From: Macrostomum hystrix
Lineage: Eukaryota > Animalia > Platyhelminthes
Assembly (NCBI GenBank): GCA_950097015.1
Contig: CATNEN010000008.1
Location: 1,426,001 to 1,490,000, forward strand
DNA: 64,000 bases
Direction of reading: 5' to 3'
Position numbers and translations under genes: made by a program. The notes beneath the pieces were generated by a model. That model saw only the letters and a program-made list of their open reading frames with translations, did not search any database and had not been told where the DNA came from. Positions 49,032 through 61,149 of this stretch are shown here, piece by piece. The number at the start of each line of letters is the position of its first letter. Position 1 is the stretch's first letter.

Positions 49032-50835
49032 AAAAGTTTTGCTGTTATCCATGTGGTAAGTCAGTTTGCAAAACAATTATAGATTCTGAAATAATATTTG
49101 CATGAGGAGACTCTTGCCAAAAAGTAGTTTTTATATACATATTTAAATTTTAGTAAGACAAATTTCAAGACTTAAGACAACACTGATTATAGACACTCAT
49201 TTATGGAAATCATTTTACTTTTAAATGGTATCACATTCAAATATAATCTGCTGGTTTCAGGTAGAAAGTTAAACAGTGAGTATTTTGCTGGTTAATAATT
49301 GATAGTTAATGTCCAGTTGATTGCATTTTAGTGCTTTGTAAGCAACAAATCTTTAATTTACTCTGGAAACGTGAACCGCAAGAGCAAAAGTGTGCAGGTG
49401 GGACACATTCTCGCGGCACACATTTTGAAATAGATTTTTGTTCTGATTATCACAAGTTCTGACTTTAACACATGCAAAATAAAATTAATTGCAGACTTGC
49501 CTGTAGTTTTGAGTTGATCAAGCACAACTTTTAACAGAAGACTAGGCCCCTATAATAAGTACAACTTTAAATTATTTGTTTTACTGTATCGCAATTAAAT
49601 TTAACATTGACTTATTTCTCTACTCATTTTGTCACATCATTTTGTATATACTTGTTGGGCAAACTCCTACTTTACTTTGAGGTGTTAAATTATTTTAACT
49701 TGAATTGTCGCTAAAACTGTTCTTGTACAGTTCCAGTTTTAGACTCTAAATTTGCATGATTGCATCTTATATTATAATTCATATAGTCTATACTAGAAGA
49801 AAAGGCAATTCTCTAATCACGTTTCACACAGCTAATTAAATTGATTGTATAACAACAGTTTTTCCGACTTCTTTACAGTAAAAATATATAATAACTAACA
49901 AGCCACTTAGATGGTACTAGTGTGCCACCCAGAAGAGAATGTTGCCAAATTGTAACAAGCCAAGGCAATGACAAGCTAACAAGACAATAATAAAATCATA
50001 ATTTCCTTTTTAGTGATGTTCTGTCCCTTTCTTCTCTCTAACTCTTTGGTTTTGGTCATAGACATAGCCATCCACTGCCATGTCATTTGAAAACTTGGGC
50101 AAAGTTTGATAGCCTATGTGTAGTCTTTTAAAGGGTGAAGTTTCCAGCTCTCGGGTATTGACAAACTTTTGAGGGGTATTTTAGGATTGTTTGCTAACAA
50201 ATTTAGTAATTTGCTAATTTAATCATGCTAAAATCATTTTGCACCCCCTAAAATAATTAAAAATTTTTTGTTGTTTTTAAAACTCATGGCAACTTACTTT
50301 CAATACAATCATGGCTTGCAAACATCTTGTAATATACTGTAGGCAACAAAAATGTGATTATATTATTATTAATTACATGCAATATGCACAAATATTAATA
50401 GCTGTAAAGTAGCTATATAATAAAATTAAGTGTAAGGTCCTATTTGATTAACATTTCTATTGCTACTTGTATTTATTTTGCTGGATAGATAGGCCTAGTA
50501 ATCACAATATTAGCTATAGCTAGCTGTGTTAGTAGATTTAGGATGTTTTGATGTATATACAAATCTGCTTATCCACTTATTAAAATTAAACTTAAAATTA
50601 AACTTAAACTTAAATTAAGCAAAAAATCAAAGGGGGGACCAAGGGACAAAAAAGGAAAGCGTGAAGAAAAGGAAAAAGGGGAGAGAAAAAGAGAGCAAAT
50701 GAGAGCAAACTAAGTCGTAAATAGAGCAATGAAACAAACTAAGTCGCAAATGAGAGCAAAAACTAAGTCGCATGGCCGGCTAAGATTTGGGAGGTTGTGC
50801 ATGTATGATTCCCATGGTCCCATAGGGGCCTACCG

Positions 50836-51572
50836 ATAATTTCAATTTTATCCACACGAATCCATGCCAATAATTTTCAGCTTATCCACATGGCAGCTTG
50901 TATGAATAGGTCTACAACTCTTTATATAAATATGCCATGCCATTAATTTCAATTTTATCCATATGGATCCGTGCCAATAATTTTCTGCTTATCCACATGG
51001 CAGCTTGTATGAATAGGTCTAAAACTCTTTATATAAATATGCCGTGCCATTAATTTCAATTTTATCCACATGGTTCTGTTCTTTGAAACAAGGCCCTTTC
51101 AGGTTTGAACATTTTGTTGAACCCTCAAGCCAATTGATAGACAAAGTTGCCAGTGTGTTACGACAGTGTTAAACTACATTTCGACCTACATATTCATTAA
51201 CCGACATTAATGTCATCCTTTTTAATTATTGTACTAACAACTTACTAAATCTTTTGTCATTGTTACATGTTTTCATTTGAATTGTATTGACTTAAAAAGT
51301 AAGAAGTCTATCTATCAAAGAAAATCATACAAGTCAACTAGCAGAATTCTAGTCAGCACCAAACTCGTCACACATATTATAATTTATACATAGTTATTAT
51401 TATTTTACACTATGCATTGATAGTGTACACTATATACTATACTCTGAAGCAAAAGCCTTATGCTCAGAGAAGAATAGGTAGGGACTTGAAAGTAGACCTA
51501 TTCATACAAGCTGCTGTGTGGATAAGCAGAAAATTATCTGCATGGATCCGTGTGGATAAAATTGAAATTATT
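50836..51572. repeat. Fold-back element: 107-bp tandem unit (x2.2, 50837-51072) and an inverted ~85-bp copy (51490-51572); possible MITE remnant
   Basis: TAATTTCAATTTTATCCA starts at 50837, 50944 and 51051; 51490-51572 is the reverse complement of the unit with few mismatches. Confidence 0.75.
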
Positions 51573-51740
51573 GGCCTGGGACTGTTGGAATAAGCACTTC
51601 CTAAAATTATTAGTATACTCTAAAGTAAGTATAGAATTTTAGGTGAATTTTGTTAGCTTTTTCGAAAGATTTCATTGCCATAATGTTAATCATTTCTTTA
51701 TAATCTTTATAAAGAACTTAAAATATACTCAATGAGAAAG

Positions 51741-52045
51741 AAATAATAATAATTGATTACATCTGCCCTAATTGGGTCAGATGTGCCTCGACAGCACAGC
51801 TGCAGCTAATGCGCGGCGCATCTGAAGGCTAAGTACAGCTGTTCAGTCCATGGACTGGGGGGACGCCACACCCACCTTCAATTATCCCAGCTAATGCTGG
51901 TACCCATTTAACAGCTGGGTGAACTGAAGCAATGCAGAGTTAAGTGTCTTGCTAAAGGACACAAATTGTTCCAGTGGAGTCGGGAATCGAACCCCCGACC
52001 TTCAAGTCGTGAGTCCGACGCCCTAACCACTAGGCTACAACCTCT
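51741..52045 (-). mobile_element. tRNA-derived SINE with CORE-like central domain, 3' stem-loop and (ATT)n tail
   Basis: Minus strand: A box TAGCCTAGTGG, B box GGTTCGATTCC, then TGTGTCCTTTAGCAAGACACTTAAC...CAGCTGTTAAATGGG (resembles the MIR/CORE motif), hairpin at 51759-51784, ATT repeats. Confidence 0.8.
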
Positions 52046-52157
52046 TTTAGAAAGAAAGTATTGGGAGGCTAACTACCCAATACCAAGAATATAACAACTG
52101 TATGGCTAATCCAATTTAACTTTCAGATTATTAGAATATATTAGAAGATTGTAAGCA

Positions 52158-55100
52158 ATGAATGAAGACTTAACATCAATTTATCGCAATCGCTCTGCAA
52201 AGAATGTTGCCAAAGCTGCTATGTGTACAGCAAAGATTTTGAAGCGGACTTTGAATTATCGATTTTTGACTTGTCTACCAGCAAATCGAAAGCCAGGATT
52301 TCTCTATCTGTCACCTGTCTCAGTTTTGCTAAATCGATGCGATATCACAACCATCAGAAGTGCTACTAGTAATACTACTAGCAGTAGTCAATCGCTTCTT
52401 GGTAAGCGACCGTCAACAGACCAGACTGGTGCATTGGAGGTACTGCTACCACTAAAAAGACTCGAGGCGACTGCAAATGATGGGTAAAGTATTTGAGAAT
52501 ATATATTCCACAAGACTTTAATTAAATAGTAGTGTTAGTATTATTATTAGTAGTAGTTGTAGATTTGGCTCAGGCAAGAAGCCTGTTTTGCCTATATTAT
52601 TCGGTGTTTATTTGGATAATTTTAATACGTGTTCGACCAAAATGAATTCGGTAGTTAAGATGGGTTGTTTTATTAAAAAATTTTTTTTAAATTCTTAAAA
52701 TCTTGCTTTTTGACAGGCATCGTCGACTGAGTAGAAAGGAGCGGCGAGCTAGAAATTCGCGAGTTCAAGTTGTGCCGTTCGAACAGACCAGTTCGAAGCA
52801 TTCTGAACAGAAAGTCCTGCTGAATAAAGTCGACGATTATTCAAAAGTTCAGTTTGAACTTGTAGAATATTTAAATAGCGACGACCTAAAGCAAAGTTTT
52901 TTGCAACATGAGTCTCTCGAAAGCAGTTTGCAGCACAATGAGCCGCTTGTTAGCAGTTCGCAGCACAATGAGCCTTCCAGTTCGCAGCACAATGAGCCTT
53001 CCAGTTTGCAGCACAATGAGCCTTCCAGTTTGCAGCAAAATGAGCCTTCCAGTTTGCAGCACAATGAGCCTTCCAGTTCGCAGCACAATGAGCCTTCCAG
53101 TTTGCAGCACAATGAGCCATCCAGTTTGCAGCACAATGAGCCTTCCAGTTTGCAGCACAATGAGCCATCCAGTTTGCAGCACAATGAGCCTTCCAGTTTG
53201 CAGCACAATGAGCCTTCCAGTTTGCAGCACAATGAGCCTTCCAGTTTGCAGCACAATGAGCCATCCAGTTTGCAGCACAATGAGCCTTCCAGTTTGCAGC
53301 ACAATGAACCTAGCAGTTTGCAGCACAATGAGCCTTCCAGTTTGCAGCACAATGAACCTAGCAGTTTGCAGCACAATGAGCCATCCAGTTTGCAGCACAA
53401 TGAGCCTTCCAGTTTGCAGCACAATGAGCCTTCCAGTTTGCAGCACAATGAGCCTTCCAGTTTGCAGCACAATGAGCCTTCCAGTTTGCAGCACAATGAA
53501 CCATCCAGTTTGCAGCACAATGAGCCTTCCAGTTTGCAGCACAATGAGCCTTCCAGTTTGCAGCACAATGAGCCTTCCAGTTTGCAGCACAATGAGCCTT
53601 CCAGTTTGCAGCACAATGAGCCTTCCAGTTTACAACACAATGAACCTAGCAGTTTGCAACACAATAAACCTAGCAGTTTGCAGCACAATGATTCTAGTCG
53701 TAGTTTGGATGGCGACGACCGCATTGAGGATAGCTCACAAGTTGATTCATCAAATAAAAGCAGTTTGCAACCCAATGAGCCACCCCATTGCGATTCACTG
53801 AGCAAAGAGCCGACTGAGCTTCAAGATAGTCATAATTTGTCTAGCGATCGCGAAAAATCTTTCGAATCTGGTCCAGCTAAAGCGACCACACAGACTGTCG
53901 CATCACCAGTGACTCTGTTCGCTAGACTGAAGGCCAAGCTAATCTGTACGGGTTGTGTCCAATCAAGACCAGCTCAATCAGAGCATAACAATAACAAGTC
54001 GTGCTCGAATATCACACCTAAGGGATTTTCGGTTGATTTTCATTCAACCGAGTCGTCATCGCCATCTTCATCGTTGGATGATAATTATCGATCGAAACCA
54101 ATGTTTACTACTAATTATCCATGTGTTGAATTTAAATCCGCCATGGACAAGCTTGCTTATGGATTTCTGCAGATGCAGGAAGAATTATTGTCCATCAAAT
54201 CGATGGAATTCGAAGATTGCGTCGATTGGGTAAGATTCTTTTTGATTCGCTCGTTTTAGGATTCACTTCAGGGTTTAGATATCGCAGTTGCATCCCTTCA
54301 GGGTTTAGATATGGCAGTAGTATCCCTTCAGGGTTTAGATGAGACAGTAGTATCCCTTCAGGTTTAGATGAGGCAGTAGTATCCCTTCAGGGTTTAGATA
54401 TGGCAGTAGTATCCCTTCAGGGTTTAGATGAGACAGTAGTATCCCTTCAGGTTTAGATGAGGCAGTAGTATCCCTTCAGGGTTTAGATATGGCAGTAGTA
54501 TCCCTTCAGGTTTAGATGAGGCAGTAGTATCCCTTCAGGGTTTAGATTTGGCAGTAGTATCCCTTCAGAGTTTAGATGAGGCAGTTGCATCCCTTCAGTG
54601 TTTAGATATGGCAGTAGTATCCCTTCAGGGTTTAGATGAGACAGTAGTATCCCTTCAGGTTTAGATGAGGCAGTAGTATCCCTTCAGGGTTTAGATATGG
54701 CAGTAGTATCCCTTCAGGGTTTAGATGAGGCAGTTGCATCCCTTCAGGGTTTAGATATGGCAGTAGTATCCCTTCAGGTTTAGATGAGGCAGTAGTATCC
54801 CTTCAGGGTTTAGATATGGCAGTAGTATCCCTTCAGGGTTTAGATGAGACAGTAGTATCCCTTCAGGTTTAGATGATGCAGTAGTATCCCTTCAGGGTTC
54901 AGATATGGCAGTAGTATCCCTTCAGGGTTTAGATGAGACAGTAGTATCCCTTCAGGTTTAGATATGGCAGTAGTATCCCTTCAGGGTTTAGATATGGCAG
55001 TAGTATCCCTTCAGGGTTTAGATGAGGCAGTAGTATCCCTTCAGGGCTTAGATATGGCAGTAGTATCCCTTCAGGGTTTAGATATGGCAGTAGTATCCCT

Positions 55101-58100
55101 TCAGGGTTTAGATGAGGCAGTAGTATCCCTTCAGGGCTTAGATATGGCAGTAGTATCCCTTCAGGGTTTAGATATGGCAGTAGTATCCCTTCAGGGTTTA
55201 GATATGGCAGTAGTATCCCTTCAGGGTTTAGATATGGCAGTAGTATCCCTTCAGGGTTTAGATATGGCAGTAGTATCCCTTCAGGGTTTAGATGAGGCAG
55301 TAGTATCCCTTCAGGGCTTAGAGTTTCAGTAGTATCCCTTCAGGGCTTAGAGTTTCAGTATTATCTCTTCATGTTTAGGACACCAAAACAAAGAGGTACC
55401 AGCATCAGCTGGGATAGAAATTTAAATGGATAGACAGCCTTCCCAGTCCTTGGACTGAACATTTGTACACAGCCTTTCGAAGCACCACGCGCAATAGCTG
55501 CTGCTGTGCCACTGGCTGTACCAGCTGTACTTGCAATTCTGTATTCTATTTAAGTAGTCATTTTCTACGAATAATCGTTGAAACAATTTATTTTCTACGA
55601 AATCTCCTAACTGCAGGTTAGTCGAACAAAGTCCAACTACAAAAGCAGCGTCACAGTGCTGGTCCAGTCACTAGTGGAAGTTGGCACTAGTAACAACAGT
55701 AACAATAACAACAACACTAATAACAAAAATAATGATTATTCTAAGGCTAGCAGTGAGCTAAGCGACACTGAAGCCAATGAAGCTGAATTATTAATTGACG
55801 TAGAATCGATATCCTTTTCGGAGTCAAAGCAGACTCAATGTGGACTATCTGTGCAAGCTGCAACAGTTAATTGCCCGTCAAATCTGTCAGTATTTGAAAT
55901 TGAAGCGCCTGCAAATGCCGACGCGCCTAGCAACAATGCATCGGTTAGTTCTGAGGAGACCGTTGCCATGGGATACGCGTCAGATTTAAATGAGTCCATC
56001 TCTCACAGTGTGAGTGTAAATTTTATATTTTAGCGTAAAGTGAGATTTTGTGATTTTAGGGTAGAGTGACATAGTTATGACTCTAGGGTAGAATGACATT
56101 ATTATGACTCTAGGGTAGAGTGACATAGTTTATGGCTCTAGGGTAGAGTGACATAGGTATGACTCTAGGGTAGAGTGACATAGTTATGACTCTAGGGTAG
56201 AGTGACATAGTTATGACTCTAGGGTAGAGTGACATAGTTATGACTCTAGGGTAGAGTGACATAGTTATGACTCTAGGATAGAGTGACATAGTTATGGCTC
56301 TAGGGTAGAGTGACATAGTTATGGCTCTAGGGTAACATTGATGACTCGTCAGTTATTTACCATGATTGAATTTGATATGAAAAACTATGCTAAAAGTACA
56401 TCACAGTGAATCGCTGCCTCTTCTACTCGCCTCCAGCTGCACGACAGCGCCGAATTAGAAGACGAATCGACAATCGCGGCCAGGACTGCGCTAGTGTCGA
56501 ACGCCACTAAACAGCTTCTGCTATGCCAACTCCCAATTAACGCTGTCAGCGGCTCCGTCGTTTATAGATGTCTGTACTGCAGCTTCATTGGACAAGATGC
56601 TACCGGTGCTGCTAAGCATTGCGCCATTGACCGACAAGATCATTATTGCCTGCCGGTGCCTGCTGATATTGTGCTCTACGGCATTGCTTGCTTCAGGTTA
56701 GTTTAGCATGCTGCCTACATAGATTGTGGATTATCGGTCTAGATTGTAGGCTTTGTGAGTAGATAGTAGGTTTTGTGAGTGAATAGTAGGTTTTGTGAGT
56801 AGATAGTAGGTTTTGTGAGTAGATAGTGGGTTTTGTGAGTAAATAGTAGGTTTGTGAGTAGATAGTAGGTTTGCGAGTTAGATAGTAGGTTTGTGAGTAG
56901 ATAGTGGGTTTGTGAGTAGATAGTAGGTTTTGTGAGTAGATAGTAGGTTTTGTGAGTAGATAGTAGGTTTTGTGAGTAAATAGTAGGTTTTGTGAGTAAA
57001 TAGTAGGTTTTGTGAGTAAATAGTAGGTTTTGTGAGTAGATAGTAGGTTTTGTGAGTAAATAGTAGGTTTTGTGAGTAAATAGTAGGTTTGTGAGTAGAT
57101 AGTAGGTTTGCGAGTTAGATAGTGGGTTTGTGAGTAGATAGTGGGTTTGTGAGTAGATAGTAGGTTTTGTGAGTAGATAGTAGGTTTTGTGAGTAGATAG
57201 TAGGTTTTGTGAGTAGATAGTAGGTTTTGTGAGTAGATAGTAGGTTTTGTGAGTAAATAGTAGGTTTTGTGAGTAAATAGTAGGTTTGCGTAGATAGTAG
57301 GTTTTGTGAGTAAATAGTAGGTTTGCGTAGATAGTAGGTTTTGTAAGTAAATAGTAGGTTTTGTGAGTAAATAGTAGGTTTTGTGAGTGAATAGTAGGTT
57401 TTGTGAGTAGATAGTAGGTTTTGTGAGTAGATAGTAGGTTTTGTGAGTAGATAGTAGGTTTTGTGAGTAGATAGTAGGTTTTGTGAGTAGATAGTAGGTT
57501 TTGTAAGTAGATAGTAGGTTTTGTGAGTAAATAGTAGGTTTGTGAGTAGATAGTAGGTTTGCGAGTAAATAGTAGGTTTTGTGAGTAAATAGTAGGTTTG
57601 CGTAGATAGTAGGTTTTGTAAGTAGATAGTAGGTTTTGTGAGTAAATAGTAGGTTTGTGAGTAGATAGTAGGTTTGCGAGTAAATAGTAGGTTTTGTGAG
57701 TAAATAGTAGGTTTTGTGAGTAAATAGTAGGTTTGCGTAGATAGTAGGTTTGTGAGTAAATAGTAGGTTTTGTGAGTAGATAGTAGGTTTTGTGAGTAGA
57801 TAGTAGGTTTTGTCAGTAAATAGTAGGTTTTGTGAGTAAATAGTAGGTTTTGTGAGTAAATAGTAGGTTTTGTGAGTAGATAGTAGGTTTTGTGAGTAAA
57901 TAGTAGGTTTTGTGAGTAGATAGTAGGTTTTGTGAGTGAATAGTAGGTTTTGTGAGTAAATAGTAGGTTTTGTGAGTAGATAGTAGGTTTTGTGAGTAGA
58001 TAGTAGGTTTTGTGAGTAAATAGTAGGTTTGTGAGTAGATAGTAGGTTTTGTGAGTAGATAGTAGGTTTTGTGAGTAGATAGTAGGTTTTGTGAGTAGAT

Positions 58101-60757
58101 AGTAGGTTTTGTGAGTAAATAGTAGGTTTGTGAGTAGATAGTAGGTTTTGTGAGTAGATAGTAGGTTTTGTGAGTAGATAGTAGGTTTTGTGAGTAGATA
58201 GTAGGTTTTGTGAGTAGATAGTAGGTTTTGTGAGTAAATAGTAGGTTTTGTGAGTAGATAGTAGGTTTTGTGAGTAAATAGTAGGTTTGTGAGTAGATAG
58301 TAGGTTTTGTGAGTAGATAGTAGGTTTTGTGAGTAAATAGTAGGTTTTGTGAGTAGATAGTAGGTTTTGTGAGTAAATAGTAGGTTTGTGAGTAGATAGT
58401 AGGTTTGCGAGTAAATAGTAGGTTTGTGAGTAAATAGTAGGCTTTGTGAGTAGATAGTAGGTTTTGTGAGTAGATAGTAGGTTTTGTGAGTAAATAGTAG
58501 GTTTGTGAGTAAATAGTAGGTTTGTGAGTAGATAGTAGGTTTGCGAGTAAATAGTAGGTTTTGTGAGTAAATAGTAGGCTTTGTGAGTAGATAGTAGGTT
58601 TTATGAGTAAATAGTAGGTTTGCGAGTAAATAGTAGGTTTGTGAGTAAATAGTAGGCTTTGTGAGTAGATAGTAGGCTTTGTGAGTAGAGAGTAGGTTTT
58701 GTGAGTAGATAGTAGGTTTTGTGAGTAGATAGTAGGTTTTGTGAGTAGATAGTAGGTTTTGTAAGTAGATAGTAGGTTTTGTGAGTAAATAGTAGGTTTG
58801 TGATTAGATAGTAGGTTTGCGAGTAAATAGTAGGTTTTGTGAGTAAATAGTAGGTTTGCGTAGATAGTAGGTTTTGTAAGTAGATAGTAGGTTTTGTGAG
58901 TAAATAGTAGGTTTGTGAGTAGATAGTAGGTTTGCGAGTAAATAGTAGGTTTTGTGAGTAAATAGTAGGTTTTGTGAGTAAATAGTAGGTTTGCGTAGAT
59001 AGTAGGTTTGTGAGTAAATAGTAGGTTTTGTGAGTAGATAGTAGGTTTTGTGAGTAGATAGTAGGTTTTGTCAGTAAATAGTAGGTTTTGTGAGTAAATA
59101 GTAGGTTTTGTGAGTAAATAGTAGGTTTTGTGAGTAGATAGTAGGTTTTGTGAGTAAATAGTAGGTTTTGTGAGTAGATAGTAGGTTTTGTGAGTAGATA
59201 GTAGGTTTTGTGAGTAGATAGTAGGTTTTGTGAGTAAATAGTAGGTTTGTGAGTAAATAGTAGGTTTGTGAGTAGATAGTAGGTTTGCGAGTAAATAGTA
59301 GGTTTTGTGAGTAAATAGTAGGCTTTGTGAGTAGATAGTAGGTTTTATGAGTAAATAGTAGGTTTGCGAGTAAATAGTAGGTTTGTGAGTAAATAGTAGG
59401 CTTTGTGAGTAGATAGTAGGCTTTGTGAGTAGAGAGTAGGTTTTGTGAGTAGATAGTAGGTTTGCGTAGATAGTAGGTTTAAATAGTAGCATTCTGAGTA
59501 GATTATAGATTTCATTGGTAGATGGTAGATTTTTAGTAGATAGTAGATTTTATTGGTAGATAGTAAATGCCTTCTAAAGCCGGAACTAAAAATGCCTCCA
59601 TGATTCGCAGATGCGGCCAATCCATAGACCTGCCGCCTGCCTGTTCAGGCATCGATGTGATCGATTTCATTCTCTTGCACTGCGCCTCAGGCGATCTGTG
59701 CCGAGCCGGTATGGCGATGACTCGGCCGCCTGAAACAGTAGCCAAAGATATGTGCTATTTCATTGGCCACGGCTATGCTAGCCAGGCTAGATTGCTGTCC
59801 GCCTCGGCTGACTCGTTACGCCGACTGCACGATCTGTGCCTAATGCACCGGTTTCCCTTGCTGACGCCGCCATTGCAGTCTGACTCGCCTCTGCTCATGC
59901 TCACGAAGATCTATTACACAGCTAGCAATCCAAGCAAATGTCCTACTCGCAGTAGTATTAATAGCGGAACATTGCTATCCTGCGCATTCTTTCTAGTGTG
60001 CAACAGTTGCGCCAGTTTAGTGCACGCCTCCGACGCATTAAATAACGATTCGAATAGGCCAATCTGCCTGTGTCCGCCAGCTTCATCTGTTATTCCTGAG
60101 CCTGCTCCAGTCATTGTATTGCCAATGCGACTGTTGCCAGCCTCATTTACTGGCCAATTAGTGGCCTGCCTAACCTGTCGTCAGGGCTTCAATTCGCCAG
60201 CGGACTGTTCCAGGCACACTCTAATGTCATGCGGCCCTTCTAAACTATACTGCGGAATTAGAATTTTAGCGTCCAAAACCTGCTCCAGTAACCAGATGAA
60301 TCATAATAACCATATTAATAACAAAGAGCCAATCAGATCTGTGGTGTCTCTGCGTTCTGCATTTAACTCTAATAGTCACTCTATCTTGGCTGGCTGCGAT
60401 CTAACCTTGATTGATCAGCGCACCGGTAATAGTAGGAATGCTCTGCCTGAGAGCGCTGGTGTTCTGGTCATCAATGCTTGCCGGGACACTGCCGGCCTAC
60501 TGGTGCCCCTAGTATCTCTAGCCCTGCCTTTGGCGCCTGTTGAGCTAAGCAAATCAGGAAACAAACAATTGCTAGGAGAAGCCGAACCCAATGCGCCAGC
60601 GAGGTGGCGACAGTATTTCTCTGGCCATCCAACACCGTCTGCTACATCGGGTCCTTCGGTTTCTAGACCGTCAGTTGTCCCCAGTAAATATTGGGCATCG
60701 CAGTCGATTTCTAGCTATCAGTTGCCGCCTCCGCCGCCGCGTGAATTTATGCAATAA
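52158..60757 (+). CDS. Unrecognised 5-exon gene, ~1,212 aa: 52158-52483, 52717-54229, 55617-56009, 56437-56696, 59611-60757; 8-aa repeat region and C-terminal Cys/His zinc-finger-like motifs
   Basis: Four GT-AG introns (GTAAAG, GTAAGA, GTGAGT, GTTAGT) with matching phases 2,0,0,2 join five separate ORFs into 3639 nt of open frame. Motifs YRCLYC...KHC, CFRC...LHC, VCNSC, ACLTC...RHTLMSC. Confidence 0.7.
52920..53690 (+). repeat. Coding minisatellite, 24-nt unit encoding HNEPSSLQ, ~31 copies
   Basis: Lies in exon 2 of the 5-exon gene; variants are mostly synonymous. Confidence 0.9.
54262..55365. repeat. Intronic minisatellite, 29-30-nt unit AGGGTTTAGATATGGCAGTAGTATCCCTTC
   Basis: Read directly; ORF 54964..55332 is its translation. 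Confidence 0.95.
56055..56335. repeat. Intronic minisatellite, 27-nt unit AGGGTAGAGTGACATAGTTATGACTCT, ~10 copies
   Basis: Unit read directly from the sequence. Confidence 0.95.
56745..59480. repeat. Intronic minisatellite, 19-20-nt unit GTGAGTAGATAGTAGGTTTT, ~135 copies
   Basis: Read directly; ORF 57813..59492 is its translation. Confidence 0.96.
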
Positions 60758-61149
60758 TTACTAAAACAGTCGAAATTTATTCTCAAATCTGAGCAAACTC
60801 GTAATACTAATCCAATCGATAATCTGGCCAAAAGTTTGACAAAATTAACTTTCTTTTTTTTCGTGCAATTTTTTGCGCTAAAATCAATCAATGCTTTTTT
60901 TATATTCCAGGTATTTCCTGAATTAATTTTTTTCTCAAATCGCATTTTTTAGTTTCGGTGAGTAATTTTTACAGTTTGCTCTAAACAGGTGCACTTTTAT
61001 GCTTTGTTTATCTGGTGTCCTTTATAATTACTGTCTGATTGCCTTTATGGCGAATCCTAAGTATTAGTCGTCACTTTCGTCTTCTTGGTCTGTGGCCTCA
61101 CATGAAAGTAAGCACAAATTAAATTTTTTTTTGGCCAAAAAGGTATCTA

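Noticed and set aside
50837-51572. Bacterial contamination implied by the DnaA boxes
   Set aside because: The flanks are a SINE, a LINE fragment and spliced genes; no bacterial ORFs such as dnaA, gidA or rpmH are nearby.
51973-52045. Functional tRNA gene (Val-CAC-like loop)
   Set aside because: Acceptor and anticodon stems pair poorly, and the sequence continues into a SINE body and tail.
57813-59492. 559-aa minus-strand ORF
   Set aside because: Translation of the 20-nt intronic repeat, antisense to the spliced gene.
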